Assembly: GCA_965220375.1 (NCBI GenBank) | Contig: OZ244824.1 | Location: 2,125,133 to 2,189,132, forward strand | Origin: Dehalococcoidia bacterium | Lineage (GTDB): Bacteria; Chloroflexota; Dehalococcoidia; Lucifugimonadales; JAGWBF01 | Direction of reading: 5' to 3' | Length of the DNA: 64,000 nt | In this document: piece by piece, positions 40,419-48,179 of the stretch | How positions within the stretch are numbered: position 1 is the stretch's first letter | How the letters are laid out: the number at the start of each line of letters is the position of its first letter | Translations under genes and position numbers: made by a program | The notes under the pieces: generated by a model | Databases searched by the model: none | Seen by the model: only the letters and a program-made list of their open reading frames with translations | What the model was told of the DNA's origin: nothing

Positions 40419-41079
40419 GTTCAAACCCCCTTCACGTGATGTCGTGAGAAGGATCCATTGGGTTCGATCCCTTCCTGGGTACATCCTGCCCCCAGAGCTG
40501 TGTAATTTCAATAGGAAAGTTGCCTGCCCCCGATAGTTGGACCGCCCGCTATCTGATTTTCGTGGGGCGTCCGTGCCCACAAACGAGTCCATCAAGCATC
40601 GCGACGGTTTGGCAGTACAGAGGCCAGGGAACATGGAACCTGGAGAGGCGCGAGATACCGTATGACGCCAGGTGGAAGATTCCGGTCTGGAATAGTCCGC
40701 TCCAGTCTGAGCTGGACAGCCTGGGCCATGCCTGTGATTGCTGGGGCGCCTTTGGCCGGGTTGTTCGACTAGTTCCCGGATTGGACAGAGTCCTGGAGGC
40801 GTCCTGGGAGAGATTGTGCTGCCGGCGCTGTCCGAGGTGCTCCGAATGCCCACTCAGCAACGCCTTCGCCTCCTCTGCCGTGCTCTCCTTGCCCTGGCAG
40901 AGACGCAGTGTCGATAATTGGAGTTGGTCTGCTCCCTTGCGTCCGATGCTGGAGCACCAGGGCATTTCTCTAGTGTGGGTATCCCCAGGCTGCGGGCATC
41001 CGCATGTTCATGGGGAGGGACTGCATGGGGACATATCTCCTAGACTTGTTGTGATTCTCGATGACTGTAAAAACTTGGT

Positions 41080-42162
41080 GTGCGAGAACTTTGTCATGCA
41101 TCGGATTTTCAGGCATTGGGCATCATAGTTGATGAGGTCGCTCTTGTAGAGCGGCACACCCCACTCATGGTGCTGTATCCCGAGATCCCGCCGGGCAGCT
41201 TGAGGAGAGTCAGTGAGAGTTACCCCCATGAATCGCCCCTTGCATACGACTATCACCCGAGGGACATTCGCCTGGTACTTGCCAATGTGGGCTTTTACAG
41301 CCGTTTCAGGCCATGGAAGGATAAGCCCCAGGACTGGGACGGTATGTTGGGCAGGATGGAGAGGGCCCGCTACGAGAGAGACCTGGACGTGGCGCCCCAT
41401 TTGAAGCTGGATGACAGAGAGGGGTTCTGGGACGCTTACGCTGCTATTCCGAAAAACAGGGATGAATTCCAAAGGTGCTGCTATGCCCGTGTGGTGACGG
41501 GAAAGGGCATCCACCACGACCGGGTCTTGGTGCAGTACTGGTATCCCTATTTCTACAACGACTTCTGGAACACCCACGAAATGGACTGGGAAGTCATAAT
41601 GATGGTAGTCAGAGTCGTCGATGGGGATGCCAGGCCGGTCGCATGCGCCTACTCGGCCCACGGCGGAGGGCATTGGCTCAAATGGGCCGATGTGGAGAAG
41701 GCCGATGATAGCGAGCAGCTGTGTCCGAGGGGGACTCATCCCGTTGCGTATGTGGCGAATGGTTCCCACGCTAACTACTTCTACGGCTCGAGTCTATACG
41801 TTACCGCCCCGCCTATTGTCAGAATGGCGGCCAAGCTTCGCAAGAAGCCCAGGAGTTTGATAGATTACACAACCTCCCTCGAAGAGGGAGAGCGCCACCT
41901 TGTGAATCCGAAGCTAGTCCCCCACGCCGAAGGAGGTGTGTGGACGGGCGAGTGGCGCTGGCTGAACCAGAAAAGCCTGTGGGGTTCACCGGGCAAATTC
42001 TTCGACCTTGAGTTCGGAGACTCTGGACCGCAGGGGCCTCCTCAGGGAGGCGACAGGTGGGACTTTCCATTTCGTTGGATTGACACCGCCTGCGCGCTGG
42101 CGCCGTCGAGGATGGAGTGTCGAGCTCCGACCCTCCTCTCTTCAGACGACATTCCAGCATGA
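41080..42162 (+). CDS. hypothetical protein, Vps62/DUF946-like
   Basis: 'VLVQYWYPYFYNDFWNTHEMDWEVIMMVV...AYSAHGGGHW...ANGSHANYF' resembles the Vps62-family core. The start is uncertain. Confidence 0.45.
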   Translation: MRELCHASDFQALGIIVDEVALVERHTPLMVLYPEIPPGSLRRVSESYPHESPLAYDYHPRDIRLVLANVGFYSRFRPWKDKPQDWDGMLGRMERARYERDLDVAPHLKLDDREGFWDAYAAIPKNRDEFQRCCYARVVTGKGIHHDRVLVQYWYPYFYNDFWNTHEMDWEVIMMVVRVVDGDARPVACAYSAHGGGHWLKWADVEKADDSEQLCPRGTHPVAYVANGSHANYFYGSSLYVTAPPIVRMAAKLRKKPRSLIDYTTSLEEGERHLVNPKLVPHAEGGVWTGEWRWLNQKSLWGSPGKFFDLEFGDSGPQGPPQGGDRWDFPFRWIDTACALAPSRMECRAPTLLSSDDIPA

Positions 42163-42312
42163 CGCCCTCCCTCGCTCCCTGTCTGCGGGCTTGGTTCGAA
42201 GGTCTTCGTGCAGCTCGTTGCCAATACTATTCCGCACTCGCAGGGTCCTGTTCTTGCGAATCCACAGGCCGTTGGGCTACCATCTCCAGAATCTGCATGT
42301 CAGGGGAATGAA

Positions 42313-43029
42313 ATGGCGTTAGGCTCGGCGGCTGGCTGGGCGCTAATCCTTGCTGTGATCATTGGTTGGGTTGCGTCGTTGCTAACCCCGGGTGGGTTGC
42401 TGATCGATCCTGTAGATTCCGCCAGCTTCCGGGAGGCGGCGGGCGTCCTGGGGGACAACGCTTCATTAGCCCAAGTGTTGACCTTGCTCTTCGTTATTAG
42501 CGTGGTGCTCTATTGGTTCGGATTGCACACCTTGCACCGGGCATTCAGCAGCAGCTCGGTCATGGATCGCGGATCTCGCTTTGCCCTGAATATCTTTCTG
42601 GTCGGGTACGCCTTTCTCATCGTCGAGTTGAGCGTCCGGCACATTCTGACCCATGTGCTGGCCCACGGCGTTGGAGGCACCGACGCGGAACACCAGGGTA
42701 TGGCGACCACCCTCTTTATGGCCGCTGCAGGTATTCACATTGCCTTCCTGTACGTAACATCCATCGGCTCTACCATATTTGGGTTAGCCTTGGCATGCCG
42801 GTGTGAGGGTATGAGCATCTTCAAGCTTGGGGTGTTGGGACTGGGGCTCACAGGCCTGCTGAGCTTCGTCGTGCTGATGACTGCGGAACACGTAACGGCC
42901 ATAGACCTGCATGGGGTTGCCGTAGCTAGCAATGGTGTGCTGTTCCTCGGGTCCCTCTGCATTGCGGTCATCGGTGTGGGCATCATGCAGGGACGCCAGG
43001 AATTCGTGGGAGAGGAAGCGGCGGCATAG
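42313..43029 (+). CDS. hypothetical integral membrane protein (paralogue family with 39738..40418)
   Basis: 238 aa from the ATG at 42313. It shares the N-terminal 'PGGLLID....S' and 'G.NA.L' motifs with the 39738..40418 product. Confidence 0.55.
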   Translation: MALGSAAGWALILAVIIGWVASLLTPGGLLIDPVDSASFREAAGVLGDNASLAQVLTLLFVISVVLYWFGLHTLHRAFSSSSVMDRGSRFALNIFLVGYAFLIVELSVRHILTHVLAHGVGGTDAEHQGMATTLFMAAAGIHIAFLYVTSIGSTIFGLALACRCEGMSIFKLGVLGLGLTGLLSFVVLMTAEHVTAIDLHGVAVASNGVLFLGSLCIAVIGVGIMQGRQEFVGEEAAA

Positions 43030-43145
43030 GCAGCGTCTCGGAGACGAACTTGGCTGCCCAGGCTGGTGTCGCCTTGCTGATGCTGTGTGTTATTCGATCA
43101 GGAGCGAAGGCTGTCTGAAGGCTGCCCCAATAACTGGTTGGAGGA

Positions 43146-43919
43146 GTGAAAGTGCCGGGGCATCGATCTGACCCGAAGGAGGATCCATCGGTGACTCTGG
43201 GGCAGAGCGTCCGCGTTGGCGACACCATCATCGATTATCGAGTCCGCCGCAGCGGGCGGCGCAAGAAGACGGTGCAGATAACCGTTGATGGCAGTGGCGT
43301 GAGGGTTGCCGCTCCGATGGCGACGCCCGACGGACAGCTGAGGGACATCGTCCGAAAGCGGGCGCCCTGGATACTGCGCCACACCTCAAAGGCGACGCTC
43401 GAGGCCCCTCCCCAAAGGGTCGCAAACGGGGAGACGCTGCCTTATCTCGGCCGTAACCTCCGCCTAATCATCGAAGCTGGCGATGCGGCTTGCGCTATCG
43501 TCCGATTTGACCACTGGAGCTTCAGGGTCCAAGTGCCAAACGCTTTGGAAGATAGTGAACGCTGCCGGTCCGTTCGCGAGGCTCTTGTGCGGTGGTACAG
43601 GGACCGGGCCGCCGAGCGGATGGAGTCCATGGTGGAAGTGTGGTGGCCGCGGCTCGGCAGGGAAGGGAGGCCGAGGGTCCTTATCCGCGACCAGCTCCGG
43701 CGCTGGGGGAGCTGCGCACCCGACGGGACGCTCCGCTTCAACTGGAGGCTCATCATGCTGAAGCCGGAACTCATGGAATACGTGGTTGTACATGAGCTGG
43801 CCCACCTCACCCATCCCAACCACTCGAAGCATTTCTGGGCCTTGGTATCCGAGGTGTTGTCCGATGCCCCGCAGCGCCGCTTACGCCTCCGGGAGGAAGG
43901 GCATGCACTTCCTTTGTGA
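43146..43919 (+). CDS. M48-family/DUF45 (YgjP-like) metal-dependent hydrolase
   Basis: 'VVHELAHLTHPNHSKHFW' zinc motif at the C-terminus, in the DUF45 layout. The start is uncertain. Confidence 0.75.
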   Translation: MKVPGHRSDPKEDPSVTLGQSVRVGDTIIDYRVRRSGRRKKTVQITVDGSGVRVAAPMATPDGQLRDIVRKRAPWILRHTSKATLEAPPQRVANGETLPYLGRNLRLIIEAGDAACAIVRFDHWSFRVQVPNALEDSERCRSVREALVRWYRDRAAERMESMVEVWWPRLGREGRPRVLIRDQLRRWGSCAPDGTLRFNWRLIMLKPELMEYVVVHELAHLTHPNHSKHFWALVSEVLSDAPQRRLRLREEGHALPL

Positions 43920-44003
43920 ACCTCGCCTGACCACTGCCTTGAGGGAAGGGAGCAGAAACATACTTCCCCGCTCCCTCAAGGAGACCTTTGCGTAACCTGG
44001 GGC

Positions 44004-44054
44004 CTGGGTTGTCCGTTCGCCCTGAGGGAAATCGAAGGGTGAACGGACAGCGTG
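44004..44054. repeat. hairpin intergenic repeat, copy 3
   Basis: gttgtccgttcgccctgagggaaatcgaagggtgaacggacagc belongs to the same family as 9346..9394. The flanking 'gtaacct' and 'aatcct' are also shared. Confidence 0.75.
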
Positions 44055-44108
44055 TCCAATCCTAATCCTCTTCCTAAAGGGTGAGCGTCCCATCGGTGAG
44101 ACCCGCGG

Positions 44109-44894
44109 CTAGAAGGTGTCAGAGCCTTCGCCGACCCACTTGCGGAGCAAATCGTTCAGCGTGCCGTCCGCCTTCATTGACGCGATGGCTTCGTTGAACC
44201 TCTCCCGGAGAGGGCTGTCCTCCCGTATCCCGATGCCGAACCCCTGGTCAAGGGGCACTCCGGGACCGACGATGGCGACCCGGCCCTCATGCTCCGCTAG
44301 CTTCTCAAGGGCGTATGGCCGGTCCACGAGGATAGCATCGATTTCGCCGGACAATAGGGCATCAAGGGAGCCTTCCGGGTCCTCGAAGCCCACGTACTGC
44401 CTGTCCGTTGCCTGGAAATAGTTGGAATGGATGGTCTCCTCCATGGCTCCTAGCGTGCCCTGGATGGCATCGTCGCCTTCGCCGGCGCGGGCAATATAGA
44501 CGGAAGGCGTCGGCGGATAATAGGGCTCGGTGAAGTCGATGAGCTCGTCCCGCGCCGAGGTGATGGACATGCCCGCCATGATGGCGTCGAACTGATCGGT
44601 GCGCAGGTCAGGAATCATGTCCTCCCATGCGTTGATGGTCCATTTGCACTCGAGCCCGGCCCTGCGGCAGAGCTCGTCTCCCAGCTCTCGCTCCAAGCCG
44701 TCGATTTCTCCTGTGTCCTCGTTGACAAAGTTGAAAGGATGGTACTCGCCGTCGGTGGCGATCAAGACCTTGTCCGACTTGCAGGCGATGGCAAGGACGG
44801 CAAGAGCCATCACCGCTGCCATCAGAAAGAGAATACGCAGAAACTTGGGCAACCCCGGCTTGAAAGCCCTCAAGGTCTTCGTCTTTTTTAGCAT
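44109..44894 (-). CDS. ABC-transporter substrate-binding protein (amino-acid-binding, family 3)
   Basis: Signal/lipobox 'LAIAC' and a PBP type 2 pattern ('YHPFNFV', 'FDAIMAGMSIT..R'). The start is set at the second ATG after GGAGG; the ORF extends to 44927. Confidence 0.8.
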   Translation of the reverse strand: MLKKTKTLRAFKPGLPKFLRILFLMAAVMALAVLAIACKSDKVLIATDGEYHPFNFVNEDTGEIDGLERELGDELCRRAGLECKWTINAWEDMIPDLRTDQFDAIMAGMSITSARDELIDFTEPYYPPTPSVYIARAGEGDDAIQGTLGAMEETIHSNYFQATDRQYVGFEDPEGSLDALLSGEIDAILVDRPYALEKLAEHEGRVAIVGPGVPLDQGFGIGIREDSPLRERFNEAIASMKADGTLNDLLRKWVGEGSDTF

Positions 44895-44990
44895 CATGAC
44901 CTCCGAACAGAGTATAATATAGGCCATTGAGTGGCTGATTACCTAGAGGAACGCAACGCAAAGAGGAGATATTCGGGGTTTACGGTGGGA

Positions 44991-45899
44991 ATGAGACGAA
45001 TTATGACGGTGCTGGCGGCGGCGATGTTGCTGTTGTGGGCGGCGGCATGCGGCGGTCAGCCTGCGGCCACTACCCCGACGGAGTCCGGGACCGATGTGTC
45101 CATAGCCCCGGCTTCTACACCTACTGCTGGTGCGACCGATACGCCTATGACAGAAGGGGAGGACCCGACGGCCCCGCCGAAAGCGACTTCTACTTCAATG
45201 CCGGAGACTCCTCCAACAGAAGCTACCGACTCTGGGCAAACGACCGCATCGAATGTTGATAACGTGGCGACGCCAACAGCAAGTGTTGGGGAAGCCGTAC
45301 CACCGGGGCCTACTACGGGACCAACCGGGAGCCCCGCAAGCACAGAGGGGCCTACTTCGACCGTCCCTCTAATGGAAGAGGCCGCTACCCCCACACCGGC
45401 TCCCCTTCCCACCAGTACGCCGACGGCCGTCCCCACCGAGGAGCCCACCCCTGACATCCCGGTCGGTTCCAATGTGGGCAACCGGGCGCCCGAGTTCTCC
45501 CTGACCCTCAACGGGGGACAGGTGGTGTCCTCCGAGGACCTGCGGACTCAGGGCAGACCGGTCCTGCTCTTTTTCCACTCTACTACTTGACCGACCTGCC
45601 GCGCCGAGTTACGGCGCATCACCCAGGTTTACCCAGCCTTTCAAGAGTCAGTGGACTTCTACGTTGTCGGCACCTTCCAGGGCTTGGACAAGCTGACCAG
45701 CAACCAGAACCAGGAAGCCTACCCCGGACAGGTGGCCGAGCCGTCGAGGAGCATGCTTGAGGACTTCAGGGTGCTCAAACAATCGACGAAGGTCGGCATC
45801 GATGAGAGTTGGGCCATAGTGTACCGAGCCGGCTTCGGTGATGTCGGTGCAGATGGCTGGCAGGGGGTCTTCGAAGACTTGGCCTCCGGCGCCTCTTAG
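44991..45899 (+). CDS. TlpA/redoxin-like thiol-disulfide oxidoreductase lipoprotein with a U-x-x-C active site (in-frame UGA at 45588..45590 read as Sec)
   Basis: ORFs 44931..45590 and 45651..45899 share a frame. Read-through gives 'GNRAPEFSL...GRPVLLFFHSTT-U-PTC-RAELRRI...', with the TGA exactly where thioredoxin-fold proteins carry the first Cys of CxxC. The lipobox is 'LWAAAC'. Confidence 0.65.
45601..45617 (+). promoter_or_regulatory. candidate bacterial SECIS stem-loop
   Basis: GCGCCG-AGUUA-CGGCGC, a 6-bp GC stem, begins 13 nt after the U of the UGA. Confidence 0.4.
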
Positions 45900-45927
45900 T
45901 TAGCCAAGCTCGCCCGTTTTCGGAAGA

Positions 45928-47328
45928 TTAGGGCCAGGCAGCCACGTTATGTCCCAGGGGCACGGCTGGTCGCGCCCAGCGAGGCGGCGTCTCCGACAGC
46001 TTCAGCACCGGCGCCAAATGCCTTAAGCGGCCCGTAGGCGTTTCGCTGACCATTGTCCAACCATCCACCTCCTCGGGAGAGAACTCTTCCGGCACACCGG
46101 CCAGCTCACTTTGGGGCACTTGGCCGCGTTCCAGAAGCCAGCGTCCCGTCTGGGCCAGGGATGCCCGGACCAGCCAGCTTCCTCCCTCCCGTGCCCGTCG
46201 AGCGAGGGCGATCATGGTGCCGAAGGCCATCAGGTATCCCGTCAGGTAGTCGATGGCCGATACGGGATAGAACTGGGGTCCCGCCTCACCCCCTGGGAAG
46301 AGTTCCCCCTGCCGGCTGGCTATGCCGCTGACGGCTTGCACCACGGTGTCGAATCCCCTCCGGGATGCCCAGGGACCCTCGTGCCCGAATGCGGAAAGGG
46401 AAATGTAGATGATTCCCGGGCGCAGCTCAGCCAGCTCATGGGGAGACAGCCCCCGTCCAGCTAAAGTTCCGGGTCGGTAGCTCTGGGAGAACACATCGCA
46501 ATTCTTCACCAGTCCCCTCAGCGTGTCCAGGTCCTGCTCCCCACGCAGGTCCAGGTAGGCCGATAATTTGCCATGCCCGGTATCGAACTCCTGGTAGCCT
46601 ATGTTCGGCAGGTGGGAGGCGGTGATCTTGAGAACATCGGCGCCATGCTCGGCCAGCGTGCGCGCGCATGTAGGCCCGGCCAGCACCCGGGTCAGGTCCA
46701 ATGCCCTGATCCCCGACAGGGGACGGTCTCCCTCGGGCAACGACTCAGCCGGGCTGTCGCCGATCCTGACTATCTCCAACAGGGGCAGGGAAGCGACAGC
46801 GGCAGCTTGGGGATGCTGCGCCCACTCATCCATGGTGCGGACCATGCCACCAGCCCCATTGGCGGCGATGATGGCCTCCTCCAGCTCCAGGGCATTCCAT
46901 CCTGCTACCGCTGAGGCCACAGCCTCCCGGTCTTCGGGCACGCCCAGAACGCTGAGGGCGGCTGCCCGGTGATTGGGGAAGTTGCAGTGCAGATAGCTCC
47001 ACCGCCCGTTTTTTGCCGGGTAGAAGCCCATGATGGGATTCCGGCCCGTGGAGACGGGGGCGTCCTCCATCTTCATGTAAGTCCCGCTCCGCAGGGAAGC
47101 CGTCGCTTGGCGGGTGTCCACGGTAATTTCCTGGCGGCGTCCCGTGCGAATCTCCCATATATCTGATACGGCGAGGCCGACGGCGGCCAGAGCGGCAGAT
47201 GAGGCTTCGCCTATGCGAAAGGGGGTGGGCAGAATGGGGTCGGCTGGGCCGGTGATCTGGACTTCCCTCAGACGGGACTCTCCTCCGGGCACTAAGGGCA
47301 GCAGGGTGTTAACGGCATCGTGGTCCAT
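45928..47328 (-). CDS. CoA transferase, family III (CaiB/BaiF)
   Basis: 'IRALDLTRVLAGPTCARTLAEHGADVLKI' is the signature. The start is set at the ATG at 47328, downstream of GGGAGGGGG; the ORF extends to 47379. Confidence 0.85.
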   Translation of the reverse strand: MDHDAVNTLLPLVPGGESRLREVQITGPADPILPTPFRIGEASSAALAAVGLAVSDIWEIRTGRRQEITVDTRQATASLRSGTYMKMEDAPVSTGRNPIMGFYPAKNGRWSYLHCNFPNHRAAALSVLGVPEDREAVASAVAGWNALELEEAIIAANGAGGMVRTMDEWAQHPQAAAVASLPLLEIVRIGDSPAESLPEGDRPLSGIRALDLTRVLAGPTCARTLAEHGADVLKITASHLPNIGYQEFDTGHGKLSAYLDLRGEQDLDTLRGLVKNCDVFSQSYRPGTLAGRGLSPHELAELRPGIIYISLSAFGHEGPWASRRGFDTVVQAVSGIASRQGELFPGGEAGPQFYPVSAIDYLTGYLMAFGTMIALARRAREGGSWLVRASLAQTGRWLLERGQVPQSELAGVPEEFSPEEVDGWTMVSETPTGRLRHLAPVLKLSETPPRWARPAVPLGHNVAAWP

Positions 47329-47432
47329 GATTGATGTCCCCCTCCCATTAAGTGGGTCGTTGCCTGGGCATTGGTGCAATTATAACCAAAATGGGCGCCT
47401 GATTTGTGATAACCTACTGACATTGGGGGACG

Positions 47433-48179
47433 ATGAACCTGGGCAAACCGATAAAGGCAGCCGATGGCGTGTTCCAGATTCGAGTCTTGGGCGCCAGGGT
47501 GACCGTCCTGGTGGAAAAGGGCGAAGCCATTCTGGTCGATGCCGGTCTGTGGGGAAGCCAGGGCTTGATTGCGGATGGGCTGAAGAGCCTGGGGATATCC
47601 CGCGAGAGCCTGAGGATGGTAATCATCACCCACGCTCACCCGGACCATTCGGGCGGGTTGAGGGGGCTGGTCGAAGGAACGGGGGTCCCGGTGGGTGTGC
47701 ACAAGCTCGAGGCCGACATCGTAGAAGGCCGGGCGCCTCCTCCCAGCCCTCTGCGAAATCCCCGCTTGGCGAAGCTCACCCAGCCTGTATTCTCGAAACT
47801 GATGGGAGGTCCCGTTTCGGTCAACGATCGCCTTGAGGATGGTGATGTCATCCCCTTTGGGACAGAGGTGCAGGTGGTGCATCTGCCCGGACATACCGTG
47901 GGGAGCATCGGCCTTCACCTGCCCCGTAAGAGGACGACTATCGTGGGAGATGCCCTCCAGTACAAGCTCGCCCGCAGCCTCAGCCCCCCGGCGGCAGGGG
48001 TCACCCAGGATGCAAGAGAGGCGATAGCCTCCCTTGAAAAGCTCCTGGACATGGACCTCGATACTATATGTTTCAGCCACTTTCCTCCCATGAGGCACAA
48101 CGCATGTGAAGCCTTGGGGATGCTGCTTCGAGGGCATGCGTCCGCCGGACGTCCGGCAGCAAGGGGCAAGCCTGCATGA
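47433..48179 (+). CDS. MBL-fold metallo-hydrolase
   Basis: 'ITHAHPDHSGG' motif. 248 aa. Confidence 0.85.
   Translation: MNLGKPIKAADGVFQIRVLGARVTVLVEKGEAILVDAGLWGSQGLIADGLKSLGISRESLRMVIITHAHPDHSGGLRGLVEGTGVPVGVHKLEADIVEGRAPPPSPLRNPRLAKLTQPVFSKLMGGPVSVNDRLEDGDVIPFGTEVQVVHLPGHTVGSIGLHLPRKRTTIVGDALQYKLARSLSPPAAGVTQDAREAIASLEKLLDMDLDTICFSHFPPMRHNACEALGMLLRGHASAGRPAARGKPA

Noticed and set aside
40419-40853. N-terminal extension of ORF 39738..40853 (371 aa)
   Set aside because: The extension is hydrophilic, Arg/Ser/Pro-rich and unlike the membrane core. A strong RBS and ATG at 40418 give a 226-aa protein comparable to its paralogue.
44931-44990. Upstream 20 codons of the redoxin ORF (MADYLEERNAKRRYSGFTVG)
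   Set aside because: A lipoprotein signal peptide starts at the internal MRRIMTVLAAAMLLLWAAAC, so the extension is probably not translated. The start remains uncertain.
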